Shown: one piece after another, positions 46,415 to 57,007 of the stretch
Layout: each line of letters starts with the position of its first letter
How positions within the stretch are numbered: the stretch's first letter is position 1
Assembly: GCA_965277255.1 (NCBI GenBank)
Contig: CBDICL010000005.1
Span: forward strand, 28,963-92,962
Reading direction: 5' to 3'
DNA length: 64,000 nt
Source of the DNA: Flavobacteriaceae bacterium
Lineage (GTDB): Bacteria > Bacteroidota > Bacteroidia > Flavobacteriales > Flavobacteriaceae
Program-made: the position numbers and the translations under genes
The notes under the pieces: model-generated
What the model was told of the DNA's origin: nothing
Database searches by the model: none
The model's input: only the letters and a program-made list of their open reading frames with translations

Positions 46415-47983
46415 TTACTCTTGTTTGTACTGTGAATATTTATCCTCTTCTACATTTGGTGGAATAAATCCAGCAGTATAAGATTTTTCTTTAGCTTCTT
46501 TTGCAGTTGCACCTTTACTAAGAAGCATTTTTTCCATTAACTTTTGTGGAGTTACATTTAATAAAACTTCAAAAGCAGCAGTGCTTGCTTTACCCTCAGG
46601 CTTTAATTTATAGCCAATAATTTGTGGCTCTTCATCATTATCTTTTTCTTCTTGAGTTTGTTTTGCAGTAACAGAAGAAACACTAAATCCACTATTAATT
46701 ATTTTATCTTGAATACCAATATCATTCATATCAACTTTACCTATATATAATCCCGCGGAATTTCTTTTAACGGGTAATTTTTGAAATAAAAGATTTATAT
46801 CTTTTTCGGTTTCACTTAAGTTTTCAAATCTTCTGTTTTCTTTCTTTTCCGCTTCGGTTGGTTTTGATACTGTAGGTTCTTTAAATGTAACTAGCTGAGG
46901 TTTGCTGCCTTGGAAGTAAACTATTTCACCATTTATTTCTGCTGATTCAATTTTAGCTTCTTTTAATAGTTCTGTTCTAGCAACATCTTTATAAGCTTGT
47001 TCAATTTGCTCTGGTGTTGCATTTAAAGCCCCCTCGTAGCCCGTGTTTTGTTTTAATTGATTTCTCCATACAAATGCTTTTCTTTGATTACTCATAGCAT
47101 CAAAAGCGGCCGCTTGCCCTTTAAAAACATCAGTACCTTTATTAATTATCCCATTAACATCAATTCTATTAATTTGTTGTTGAAAGTTATCTTTACCTGT
47201 TTTAAACCTTCTAATCTCAGGATCTGAAATAAAATCCGAGCTTAAGCCCCCAGCATCATTTTTTATTTGAGCATCTAATTCTTTTTGCATTTCAGTAATA
47301 GTATCAGGAGCATCAAAAATTAATTCATTACCTGATTGACCGTACTTTGTTGAATTAACAGTTCTAATTGGTTTACCATCAGCAAAAGCGGTAAGATCTA
47401 TTCCTCCGTTTTCATTTAGTTGCATTGATATGTTACTATTTGGTAATTTTCCCGAAATAGCTGCTAAAAACATTTGATTAGTAGCTTGAGTATCAATTTC
47501 ATTTCCAGCTATACCAACAGTACTTCCAAAGTCAGCACCATTTTTAATTGTACTATATCTCCCTACATCACCTTGTATTGATTCTGTAAAAGTTTTAGCA
47601 TCCATCATAGTTGCATAGCTTTTTTGCATTTCTTTTTTATAAAAGGCACGCATTTCTGGATTTTTTTCCGTTAACAAAGCAATTTTAGCATCTCCATAAC
47701 CTTCTATAGCTTGTGTTAAAATAGGAGCTAACTGATCTCTTAATTGAAAATCTTTAATTTTTTGAGTCATATCAGCCTGCATTTCTGCATTCTCTATGTC
47801 AATTTTATTATAAATTTGTCTATTAACTTCAGCTTCTGCATTTGCGGCTTTTTCTTCAGTTCTTTTTTTATCACCAATAGCTTGTATAGTACCTGCAACT
47901 TGTTTTCCAAAATTGCCAATAGCAGCGGCATAAATTTCTCCAGCTTTACTAGGTTGTACTATTTGTGGATTTCTATAACTCAT
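46415..47983 (-). CDS. Internal virion / ejection protein (522 aa)
   Basis: Helical, A/Q/E-rich; synteny. Confidence 0.6.
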   Translation of the reverse strand: MSYRNPQIVQPSKAGEIYAAAIGNFGKQVAGTIQAIGDKKRTEEKAANAEAEVNRQIYNKIDIENAEMQADMTQKIKDFQLRDQLAPILTQAIEGYGDAKIALLTEKNPEMRAFYKKEMQKSYATMMDAKTFTESIQGDVGRYSTIKNGADFGSTVGIAGNEIDTQATNQMFLAAISGKLPNSNISMQLNENGGIDLTAFADGKPIRTVNSTKYGQSGNELIFDAPDTITEMQKELDAQIKNDAGGLSSDFISDPEIRRFKTGKDNFQQQINRIDVNGIINKGTDVFKGQAAAFDAMSNQRKAFVWRNQLKQNTGYEGALNATPEQIEQAYKDVARTELLKEAKIESAEINGEIVYFQGSKPQLVTFKEPTVSKPTEAEKKENRRFENLSETEKDINLLFQKLPVKRNSAGLYIGKVDMNDIGIQDKIINSGFSVSSVTAKQTQEEKDNDEEPQIIGYKLKPEGKASTAAFEVLLNVTPQKLMEKMLLSKGATAKEAKEKSYTAGFIPPNVEEDKYSQYKQE

Positions 47984-48088
47984 AATATTTATTATTATTG
48001 ACTTGTAAATGGATTATTTTGCGTATTCACCCCACCCGCTGCGTTGATGGAGATGGCAAAGAGGTATTGCTATTTACGTCTTGAAATA

Positions 48089-48877
48089 TCAAATTGATTT
48101 AGAAGAAATATTTACAGAAGAAACAGGTTGTCTTTGTACAGGTGTAGAGGGGGAGTAATTCTGCATAAATGAAGATGCCACATTACCAACAGCTGAAACA
48201 CCCCCAGCTATAGCAGAAGCTTGATTTGATAAAGCTTGATTTTTATCAACAGCAGCCTGCGTGGCTAATCCAGCAGATCTATCTAAATTTCTTTCTAACC
48301 TTGATTCTTCTTGTCCAAATACAAATTTTTGACCCTGTATGTCTGCTTCTTGCAATCTTCCAGCCTCACTTAATTGTATTCCCTGCAATCTTTGAGCCTC
48401 AGCCATTTTAGCCTGTTGCATTTGCTGTTCACCTTGTGCTTTAAGTTTTTCATTTTGTGCTTCTTGTTGTTCAATAGAGGCAGCAACACCTTTTTTACTT
48501 TGTAAAGCAGCTTGAGCTAATGCAGTTGCGCCACCAGCGCTTGCACCTGAGGCTCTTAATGTATCTAATGTATTTGCCAAAGCAATATCAGATTGTTCCA
48601 TTTGTATTTCTGCTGCTTGTGTTGCAACAGCTAAATCTCCAAATGGATTTGAAATCATTGAGCTTAAATCAGCAGCCATACTACTAATATCCTTTACATT
48701 GCTATAAGGATTTATAATTGGCTTTCTTGAGTCTTCAAGTGTTTTAATTTTAGCGTCTGCTCTTGCACCCGCTGCCTCTGCAGATTTTCTTTGTTTGTTT
48801 GCTGCTCTAGCACTAATTGCTGTCCCAACTAAAGATGTAACTCCTCCGATTATTGCGGCTCCTACTATAAATGCCAT
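48089..48877 (-). CDS. Internal virion protein (gp14-like)
   Basis: N-terminal AAIIGGVTSLVG amphipathic segment and A/Q-rich coiled coils. Confidence 0.65.
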   Translation of the reverse strand: MAFIVGAAIIGGVTSLVGTAISARAANKQRKSAEAAGARADAKIKTLEDSRKPIINPYSNVKDISSMAADLSSMISNPFGDLAVATQAAEIQMEQSDIALANTLDTLRASGASAGGATALAQAALQSKKGVAASIEQQEAQNEKLKAQGEQQMQQAKMAEAQRLQGIQLSEAGRLQEADIQGQKFVFGQEESRLERNLDRSAGLATQAAVDKNQALSNQASAIAGGVSAVGNVASSFMQNYSPSTPVQRQPVSSVNISSKSI

Positions 48878-48880
48878 AAC

Positions 48881-49291
48881 TTATTGTTTTTTAATTTTAA
48901 ATTCATCTTCATCTAACAAAACTATTTCATCCTCAAGTTTTTTAATATTTTTAATATTATTTGGGTTCTTATGTACATTAATAAATATTGAATCTTCATT
49001 TGCATAAATAATTCTTTGTGCACCAGGTTTTGATATTGTATAACAAGGTGCTATATGATTTATTAATTCATCACTTTCTTTAATATTTACATTACCGGAT
49101 AATAAAAACCATACATGCTCGTGATTATGTTTTGCGCCAACCACAACAGTTCCTTTTTTTAAAACCATTTTTCTTAAATAAATTTGATCTGCAAATTCAT
49201 GAGTTATTGGTATTAAATCTGGTACATTAAGAATTTTACCATCATTATGTAGCAAAATGTCTTTATCATTATTTATTTGTTGTAATTCCAT
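48881..49291 (-). CDS. Cupin-like protein
   Basis: HEFADQIYLRKM...GTVVVGAKHNHEH...LLSG...SKPGAQR. Confidence 0.65.
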   Translation of the reverse strand: MELQQINNDKDILLHNDGKILNVPDLIPITHEFADQIYLRKMVLKKGTVVVGAKHNHEHVWFLLSGNVNIKESDELINHIAPCYTISKPGAQRIIYANEDSIFINVHKNPNNIKNIKKLEDEIVLLDEDEFKIKKQ

Positions 49292-49296
49292 TTAAT

Positions 49297-50718
49297 TTAA
49301 TATGATGATTCAACATAATCAGATGATACCGCAAATAATTCTTTTGCACCACCATAATCTGTTACATTGTCTGTTGATACTGTTACTGTAGCAAAGTAAC
49401 CTTTAATACCAGTCATTGCTGCGCCCCAAGATATTTCACCTGCAGCCGCTGGACTATTATTAATAAGATTTGCTGCATATTTATTTTCTTTTCTTACAAA
49501 ACCAGCGTAATTAATAGGTGGTATAAGTGTGGCTGGATATTCATTGCCATAATTATCGTAAGAACCTTGATTATAACTATAAACCAAAGTCGTGCTGTCT
49601 TGGGTATTACTTGCTCTTGTTATAGGACTTCCAATGCCTGTAAAGTCAGATTCAAAGGAATTTACTTCCCAGCCATTACTTCCTTCGTAATTAATAGTCT
49701 TAAATACTTTAGACATGCTTACATTAGGATTAAACACAAATTTTACTGATGAATCTTTAACAACACCATAAAATTCATTTCTTTTAACACTTGCATCATA
49801 ATGTCTATAAATAGCACCATTATGGAATGTATAAAAATTATTTTTTAAGCTGGTCCCCATTGTAGGTTTATAACTATAAAAACTTGTCCATCCTTTAGGA
49901 CCTTCGTCAAAAGACAATGTATCGTAACTGCCACTTCCTGCGGGCTGTAAAGATAATGTATAATTTTTATTATATATATCCCACATCCCCTGCGCCTTAC
50001 CAGTCAGCCCTTGGTTATTATCTAACGTACTTAAATTATCTCTAAAGTAATCAGACATGCCGTAATTTGAAATCTCTGTTATACCGTCATTAGATAATCT
50101 TAACACAGCGTTTCTATCTTTATCTGTAAAGTATTTTCTATAACCATAAACAGCAAAACTTTCTGGATTTCTACTAATACCATATTCACCGCCGAATGCT
50201 TGAACTTGTCCTATTACATTTGGTCCAGTGGTAACAGTTGCGTTTCCTTCAGCAGAATATATTGCATCTTTATCAATTAATGCTCTACTTACTTTATTTT
50301 CTTGAAATACAATTAAGTTTGTATCTTCAGCATAAAGCTTTTGTATTGAGCCGTTAGCTGGGTCAACACTTTTAACAATATCTTCACCTACTGAAAATAC
50401 ATTAGTGTTATTAATTCCTGTTCTTGAATTAAATATTCCAGAATAAATCATAGAATTAATTCTATTTGAAGAATTAGGTTCTTCTTCTACAAGATAAGCT
50501 TTTACACCATATCCTGCGGTAGTATTATTATAACCACCACGTATTCTAGCTTCTTCAATACTCCAGTTTTTAGTACTAGCAGGATCTGCAGGTGTTGGAG
50601 ATGAACCAATTGGGTACTGTGTACCATTACATCCGTTCCATACTGGAGCGCCTGAGCTACTAACTGTCTTTCTTAAAATGAAGCTATTAAAATACTTTAC
50701 TTCTATTATTGCAGGCAT
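49297..50718 (-). CDS. Tail stabilisation/muzzle protein, C-terminal part (P22 gp10/crAss-like beta-propeller)
   Basis: GSIQKL...LIVFQENKVS...GEYGISRNPESFA.YG...YFTDK.RNAVLRL...GWTSFYSY.P. Confidence 0.7.
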   Translation of the reverse strand: MPAIIEVKYFNSFILRKTVSSSGAPVWNGCNGTQYPIGSSPTPADPASTKNWSIEEARIRGGYNNTTAGYGVKAYLVEEEPNSSNRINSMIYSGIFNSRTGINNTNVFSVGEDIVKSVDPANGSIQKLYAEDTNLIVFQENKVSRALIDKDAIYSAEGNATVTTGPNVIGQVQAFGGEYGISRNPESFAVYGYRKYFTDKDRNAVLRLSNDGITEISNYGMSDYFRDNLSTLDNNQGLTGKAQGMWDIYNKNYTLSLQPAGSGSYDTLSFDEGPKGWTSFYSYKPTMGTSLKNNFYTFHNGAIYRHYDASVKRNEFYGVVKDSSVKFVFNPNVSMSKVFKTINYEGSNGWEVNSFESDFTGIGSPITRASNTQDSTTLVYSYNQGSYDNYGNEYPATLIPPINYAGFVRKENKYAANLINNSPAAAGEISWGAAMTGIKGYFATVTVSTDNVTDYGGAKELFAVSSDYVESSY

Positions 50719-50751
50719 ATATTATTATTACTTATTTATAGTATAAATTAC

Positions 50752-53700
50752 TTATTGGTTTTTTCTATTAGGCTGAGCAGTTTGTTTAATTTTCTTACCA
50801 TTAGAATCAAATTGAGCAGTCCATCTTCTATCTTGATCAGTATAAGTAGAAGTTGTAGTTTGACCTATTCCATTTGTGTGAGAATTTGAATTACCATGTT
50901 CACTGTTTATAGACCCATCTGTAGCGGCACAATACGAATGAAAACCTCCCGCTGTTTGATTTAATCCATTAGCTGTAGTTAATGGAATTGTTAAATTAGG
51001 ATCTTTATATAGTTGTGTTATATATTTAAAATGCCATTCCCTTGCATATACTTCTGTTGCTATTGGTTGTGTATTTTGTGCAGTAGTTCTATTAGCTTGT
51101 CCACTTGAAATCCAATAAGAAAAAGAAGTTGCTGTGCCGTAAGCAGATGGATAATAAAAATCACCAAAAGTTATTTGTGTTTGGAATTTACCAGAAAACA
51201 TTTCTGTACTATGATAAATACTTCCGCTTGGTGGACATACACCCTGGTTAAGTATTGTTCCAGTTACTGTTATTGGCACACTTGTGCTACCACTGTTAGC
51301 AATTCCGTATGGAAAACCTATTATTAATCTGTAATCACCAAATTTATCTGGTGTTGATTCATAACCCTGATCTTTACCTATAGCAAAAGTTCTATTTGCT
51401 TTTGCTGATAAGCTAGATGAGTTTTGACTTGATTTTGCCTGTACAAAAACATTAGCTACATCTGTTGAAAATAAAGTATTACTACCACCCTCTGGAGTTC
51501 CTTGAAGATTAAGAGAACTTGTTTCATTTTTGTTTAATAAAACCCCTTTATTACTAACTGAATTAGTATCATTAGGCAAGGTTGCAGGATAATCACTTTT
51601 TTGTTGCCCTCCAAATTGTATAGGTAAACCTTCAACATCAACAGCTTGTACCCAATTATCATTTCCTGCTAAACTATCAGCAGCAGAGCGATATTGTAAA
51701 TATGCAGGCCATTTTAAATTTAAAGTATCATTAGTGTTAGATGAATTAAAAGAATATTGATTTAAAATAAAATCAACACTTATAAAACCAGTTCCAGCGG
51801 ATAAATCACAATCTTCTTGATCACAGCTTACTTTAGCTTTAGAATTAAAATTGCTATTTTTCATTTCCCCTTGACTAAACCCGCCAATGTTTGTACAATT
51901 AGATGGTCCCGTAAATCTTTTTTGCTTATAGCTTTCTGCTAAATCAGCATCTAATTCTAAATCAAGCTCTCCTTGGTTTCTACTTATTGGTTCATTAGCT
52001 GATGCGTTGGTTTTATTAGCAACAAAATAAATTCCATAAGCTTGGTTTTGAACACCTATAAAAGAAGGAGTATAAGGAAAAACATTATTGTTAAATCCAC
52101 AATTAGCAGGTTCTTCGCCAAATATAATATTAGTAGTGCAGGTAGTAGATAGGCCACCTGCATCGGATAATTTTATAACTGCAGAAGTAACGCCGGAAGC
52201 TTCCCCAGATGATTCAGTCATAACCCCAGTAGTGGGGTTAATAGACAAAGTATTTAAGCTAGGTGTTGTTGAAACAAGTTCCCATGTTAAGTTTTCTGTT
52301 TGTTTATTGCCCGCCACAATAGACCCATTAACTCCTGTAAAAGTCGCAACAGTAGTTTCGCCTTGTTGTACACTTGTTGAGGCATTGCACGGCGTTATTG
52401 TAGGCGCAACATTTGTTAATGAACCTGTTGCTGTAAGCGTGGAATTTATCCCACCTCCTACAACACCTAAAGTAAATGTATATGATTCCTTAGTAGAACC
52501 ATTAACCCCGTAATAAAAATTACTTGTTGTTTTTAAATACCATCTATTAGGGGTACCTGGTACTTCAACTAATTCCCAACCAGATCTAGGAGTCCCAGTA
52601 CCATCAACAACACTATTTAATGTTACTACAGATGAATTTATAGGCTGATCTGTAATGTCTAAAGGAGCAAATTCTCCCGTAACTGCTGTACCAATAGGAT
52701 CAGCTTCAGATTGAGAAAAGTTCCATAAATCTAAACCAGTAGCTTGGTTTGTTCCAGTTGCAATTGCTTCATTTAAATCAGATATTAATCCAGTTGTTGA
52801 AGTTTCCCAAAATATATCTAATCTTGATTCTTCTGGATTTGTTTCATAAACACCTAATAATATATTATAGTTTCCACCACTGTGTACATTAGCACCAATT
52901 GGATTAGCTAAATCACCTTGAGTTAATCTAGCTAATGAAGGGTTTGATGCAGATTGATAAACATCTACATAATTAGTAGTGTTACCTAACAGCTCATCTT
53001 CTTCACCTATTGTAGATACAGTGTGGGATTCTCTGCCGGGATAATACTGTTCATTAAAAGTAGGCCCTCCGGATAAAAGGTTATCTGGGGTTACTCTACC
53101 AAACAATTGAACAGAGCTTCTATACTGTTTTTGATTTGGACCAACTTCGCTTAAATCTCTTGGTACTTTATTAATATTATCATTTAAAAGAGTAATATAA
53201 GCAATGGTATTTTTTGGATCGTCTAAATTACCACCAGGATCTTCATTTAAAATACCTGGTAAATAAACATTGTAATAATCTTGTTCTGTTTGTTTTACAA
53301 CAATTTTATAAGAATACCATCCTAATGGATTATAATTAGATGAATTAGAATTACCATTATATAATCCTGGCCAACCGGTTTGTAGGTCTGCTGGATTATT
53401 AGGTATAATACTATTAAATAATACTTTTAAAGCATCTCCAGGCCATGTAGCTGGGACATTATCTGTGGAATCTTTATATGGATGATAATATGTTGATCCA
53501 CCAAAAGAGCCTGAGGCCCCTCCAATATCACCATCATTTACTATAGATAATATTGTTGATGAAGATCTGCCGTATTTATCAGATAAAACCACACCAACTT
53601 GGTAGTTCCTATTTTGTTTTATAGTATGTGTGGGGTATTCAACAATGCTTGTGGTGTTTGTTGAAATGTTTCCACTGGTAACATTAAAGGAAGATTTGTT

Positions 53701-54936
53701 AAATGCTCCTACATTATAATCTAAATATTCTGGAGGTGTATGTTTATCCTGAAAATTACTATATACAATTCTATTGCTTATTATTTCTTGGCCTAATGCT
53801 CTTACAGGTATTTTATCATATACTCTTATTATATCGGAATCAGGTAATGTTCTAAAAGGCTTTCTTGCTTGATAATTGTATTCAAAAACAGAAGTTGTTG
53901 TTTCTTTAATTTCTTCTTGTGTAATAACATCTACCACTTGAACAGCAATTTGATCTGATTCTTTGTAAAGAATTTCTATTTCTGTTATTTTAAAGTCATT
54001 AAATGTATTGCTACCAATTGTCGGCAATGGGATTTGAAGTAAAATATTATCTACCTTATTTTCCATAAATTCAACAATAGTACTTCTATATGCCGCATTT
54101 TCTGCTTCAGTATTACCACTAACATTAGTATCTTCTGCTAAAAAATAACCGTCTTGTTTTGGTATAAAGGCTGGTTGAGTAAAAGGAGCAATTATAGAAT
54201 GTTCACCATCATCAAATATATATCTATAACTAAACCTAACAAATTTATCCTCTAAAAAATCAGGATCCCCTGCGTATTGAGCATCATAATTTGGATTAGC
54301 AGTAACGCCATCAGGAAGCAATAAACTAGTTTTATCTAGCATTGTAGTTTCCCATATAGAATTAACCTCTCTGTATAATTCAATAGGCTCATAAGGGTTT
54401 AACTTTGCTACAGAGATTTGATCTTCCGTTGTATAATAACCAGGAACTTGAGTAGCAGAGGTAATATTTATTTTTCTTGGTTGATTTCTATTGTCAGTCC
54501 AAAATAATAAATTTTCTAATATATTAACTCCATATACTGTATTGGTAGTTGAAAAATTTAAAAAACTTCCCTCTACAAGTTTAGCTGTATCTCCGTTTAA
54601 TACATTATAAGAATATATAAAGTTTTTTGCAGAAGAACTATATGTTGGTTGAAAGCTAGGATTAGGATCAGTATAATTAGTTAAAAATACATATATAACA
54701 TTATTTGTAGCATCTGTAAATTGGCCTATTGTAACCAAATCATTTACTCCAGTTATAACCCTAAAGTCTACTGCTTTTTTATTACCTAAAACGTTTTGTA
54801 ATGCACCTACATCAGCACCTTCTGATTTACTAACTTGTATATTAATTCCTTCACGATATTCCCCAGATGGTATTAATCTATCATCTAGGTCTTGATTCAT
54901 TTTGGATTTAATAAAAGCATTTTTAACTTCTGCCAT
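50752..54936 (-). CDS. Tail stabilisation/muzzle protein, N-terminal part with a long variable C-terminal extension
   Basis: MAEVKNAFIKSKMNQDLDDRLIPSGEYRE...LLFWTDNRNQPRKIN...RFSYRY..DDGEHS..APF...NRIVYSNF; later Ig/cadherin-like TNVAPTI...SINPTTG...LSDAGGLS. Confidence 0.7.
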   Translation of the reverse strand: MAEVKNAFIKSKMNQDLDDRLIPSGEYREGINIQVSKSEGADVGALQNVLGNKKAVDFRVITGVNDLVTIGQFTDATNNVIYVFLTNYTDPNPSFQPTYSSSAKNFIYSYNVLNGDTAKLVEGSFLNFSTTNTVYGVNILENLLFWTDNRNQPRKINITSATQVPGYYTTEDQISVAKLNPYEPIELYREVNSIWETTMLDKTSLLLPDGVTANPNYDAQYAGDPDFLEDKFVRFSYRYIFDDGEHSIIAPFTQPAFIPKQDGYFLAEDTNVSGNTEAENAAYRSTIVEFMENKVDNILLQIPLPTIGSNTFNDFKITEIEILYKESDQIAVQVVDVITQEEIKETTTSVFEYNYQARKPFRTLPDSDIIRVYDKIPVRALGQEIISNRIVYSNFQDKHTPPEYLDYNVGAFNKSSFNVTSGNISTNTTSIVEYPTHTIKQNRNYQVGVVLSDKYGRSSSTILSIVNDGDIGGASGSFGGSTYYHPYKDSTDNVPATWPGDALKVLFNSIIPNNPADLQTGWPGLYNGNSNSSNYNPLGWYSYKIVVKQTEQDYYNVYLPGILNEDPGGNLDDPKNTIAYITLLNDNINKVPRDLSEVGPNQKQYRSSVQLFGRVTPDNLLSGGPTFNEQYYPGRESHTVSTIGEEDELLGNTTNYVDVYQSASNPSLARLTQGDLANPIGANVHSGGNYNILLGVYETNPEESRLDIFWETSTTGLISDLNEAIATGTNQATGLDLWNFSQSEADPIGTAVTGEFAPLDITDQPINSSVVTLNSVVDGTGTPRSGWELVEVPGTPNRWYLKTTSNFYYGVNGSTKESYTFTLGVVGGGINSTLTATGSLTNVAPTITPCNASTSVQQGETTVATFTGVNGSIVAGNKQTENLTWELVSTTPSLNTLSINPTTGVMTESSGEASGVTSAVIKLSDAGGLSTTCTTNIIFGEEPANCGFNNNVFPYTPSFIGVQNQAYGIYFVANKTNASANEPISRNQGELDLELDADLAESYKQKRFTGPSNCTNIGGFSQGEMKNSNFNSKAKVSCDQEDCDLSAGTGFISVDFILNQYSFNSSNTNDTLNLKWPAYLQYRSAADSLAGNDNWVQAVDVEGLPIQFGGQQKSDYPATLPNDTNSVSNKGVLLNKNETSSLNLQGTPEGGSNTLFSTDVANVFVQAKSSQNSSSLSAKANRTFAIGKDQGYESTPDKFGDYRLIIGFPYGIANSGSTSVPITVTGTILNQGVCPPSGSIYHSTEMFSGKFQTQITFGDFYYPSAYGTATSFSYWISSGQANRTTAQNTQPIATEVYAREWHFKYITQLYKDPNLTIPLTTANGLNQTAGGFHSYCAATDGSINSEHGNSNSHTNGIGQTTTSTYTDQDRRWTAQFDSNGKKIKQTAQPNRKNQ

Positions 54937-54942
54937 TTAATT

Positions 54943-56172
54943 TTAGTGTTTAATCCATTTAGATTTACCTCTCATTACTTGAGTTATTTCTTCAAGCTTT
55001 ATGTTCGATAATCTTATTTTAGTATTTCTAATTTTTGTGCTTTTATCTTTCTTTAAACGATTTACAATGTACTCAGGTACATTCATACGCCCATGCATAA
55101 TCGCATGCAACACATAAGCATATATTGCATCCTCAGCTAATTTTGGGATACGCATATCAGCAGTATAAGCTAATCCATCAGAAATATATTCTAATATAAT
55201 TACCGCATTAACTAAGTCACTTGAAAAAGAAAACTTACCTTCTCTTTCGTTTATTGTAAACCATCCGTTAACTTGTGATGTTTCAGGATCAGTTCCGTAT
55301 CTTTGACCATAAAAACCTCCGGGTCCCCACGCACCCCACCAATCAATATCTAATCCAGCACTAATGTCTGCAACATTAAAACCTCCATTAATTAATTTTT
55401 TATTAGCAGTACCCCATCTTTCTTCTGTGGCATATTGACTAGCCAATAAATTGTCGTCATAATTATCTTGTAACGGCAAACCATCATCATCTTGTGGTAA
55501 TAAAGAGTATGGGTTTGATGTTAATGTTGTAGGATATATAATGTGCTTAACGCCTAAAGAGTCTACCCATGAGCATTTAACATAATTGACATAGTCTTGC
55601 GGAATGGGAACAGATAAACTTGCAGGAACTTGTAGCTCTTGTGACTTAATACTTTTTAAAGTATCATAACTAAGTTCTTGTAATCCACGTTTTACATGGA
55701 ATATTACATCTGTTCTTTTAACGCTTTGTATTAGCTTTCCAGTGCCTACATAAGCAACCATAAAGTTATTTATAACATCATTTACGCTTAAATATGAATA
55801 GTTATTATAATTCTCTTGTACAGTAGTGCCAAAAGCATCTTCATTACCGTAATTACCACCTGTTTCAGATTTTAATTGTACAACAACAAAGCTATTAGTA
55901 AGAGGTGCTGCGGCTAATGTTATAGTATTTTTAGTTACCGTGTATTCTGCCACATACTCTGCAAAACTACCAGGTAAACCTGTTTGGCTTAAATAAAGAA
56001 CAAAGTTGTTCAAAGCATAAGCATTAATAGTAGGACTATAACTTCCAAATTTTAAATCCGTATCAAATGTGCAAACAAAACTTGTTTGTCCTTCTGTAAC
56101 TAAAAACCCTTGAGCTCCGCTATAATATTGTCTATTTGTTTCGGTTATTAAACCGCCATCAGGTTTTGCCAT
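54943..56172 (-). CDS. Tail ring/adaptor protein
   Basis: DVIFHVKRGLQELSYD...IPQDYVNYVK...LEYISDG...IPKLAEDAIYAY; position after the capsid genes. Confidence 0.65.
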   Translation of the reverse strand: MAKPDGGLITETNRQYYSGAQGFLVTEGQTSFVCTFDTDLKFGSYSPTINAYALNNFVLYLSQTGLPGSFAEYVAEYTVTKNTITLAAAPLTNSFVVVQLKSETGGNYGNEDAFGTTVQENYNNYSYLSVNDVINNFMVAYVGTGKLIQSVKRTDVIFHVKRGLQELSYDTLKSIKSQELQVPASLSVPIPQDYVNYVKCSWVDSLGVKHIIYPTTLTSNPYSLLPQDDDGLPLQDNYDDNLLASQYATEERWGTANKKLINGGFNVADISAGLDIDWWGAWGPGGFYGQRYGTDPETSQVNGWFTINEREGKFSFSSDLVNAVIILEYISDGLAYTADMRIPKLAEDAIYAYVLHAIMHGRMNVPEYIVNRLKKDKSTKIRNTKIRLSNIKLEEITQVMRGKSKWIKH

Positions 56173-56178
56173 TGCTTA

Positions 56179-56934
56179 TTAACTTTTTTTATTTATTTCT
56201 TCTGCTTGAACTTGCTGTGCAGCAATTTGTACAATTTGTGGATCTCTTATTACAATACCAGCATATATTAATATTTTTAATATCACTTCCGTTTGCTCTG
56301 ATTCGTGCAATTCAAATTGAACAGAGCCATTTGGCTGTGTTGTAGCATCATATGTATTTTTGTTATATATATATTGCCCTAAGTTACCAGTTGTAAAACC
56401 CCAAACAACATTATTAGGTTTTCTAACATAATCAACCTGAATATTACTTATTATAGTTGTGGGTTTAACAAAAAGCTTTTGATTCTCGTATAAATATACG
56501 GGCCAATCTATTGAGGGTTTTGTTATAGGTGATTTATCAATGTAAGTAAATTCACCTCTTTGAAGTCTTTGTAGTTCTACTTCATTGTCATATGTTACAG
56601 TACCAAGCCTATAAAAAGATACAGTGGCTCCATAGCCATCAGTTGTTGGTAGTGTAAAATAAGTATTAGTGGGTGTAGTATTATTATATACCGCATCACC
56701 AAATGTTTTAAATATAGATATTTTTTCATCTAAGTTAGCAACTCTGTCCGCATAATCTGTATCTGTTTGCTGAACACGCAATTGTTGATTCAAGTCTTCA
56801 AAATACTTTTCAAATATTTCAAGTTGAACTTGTGTGCCAATCTTATTAAATTCAGCAGGAGTCATATATCCTCTCTGTTCTTTATTAAGTATTAGCAACA
56901 CTGTTTGATATACAGTATTTACGTTTATTGCCAT
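56179..56934 (-). CDS. Tail ring/head-tail adaptor protein
   Basis: LNKEQRGYMTPAEFN...IQVDYVRKP...FELHESEQTEV; crAss-like ring protein pattern. Confidence 0.65.
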   Translation of the reverse strand: MAINVNTVYQTVLLILNKEQRGYMTPAEFNKIGTQVQLEIFEKYFEDLNQQLRVQQTDTDYADRVANLDEKISIFKTFGDAVYNNTTPTNTYFTLPTTDGYGATVSFYRLGTVTYDNEVELQRLQRGEFTYIDKSPITKPSIDWPVYLYENQKLFVKPTTIISNIQVDYVRKPNNVVWGFTTGNLGQYIYNKNTYDATTQPNGSVQFELHESEQTEVILKILIYAGIVIRDPQIVQIAAQQVQAEEINKKS

Positions 56935-56961
56935 TTTGTATTTTTTATTATTTACAGCAAA

Positions 56962-56984
56962 TAAGCCACCATAATAGCGGCTTA
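56962..56984 (-). terminator. Hairpin terminator
   Basis: Minus strand TAAGCCGC-TATTATG-GTGGCTTA followed by TTTG. Confidence 0.55.
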
Positions 56985-57007
56985 CCTACTATAAAATATA
57001 TTACATG

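Noticed and set aside
47990-48091. GC-richer gap after the gp14-like gene that might be a frameshifted C-terminus or a small RNA
   Set aside because: No convincing frame or stable hairpin was found.
15380-57007. Late-promoter motif (A/C/T)GTAAT(A/T) upstream of several genes (near 15415, 21806, 29566, 50727, 50745, 57004)
   Set aside because: Too short and AT-rich to separate from background by eye; needs MEME with a background model.
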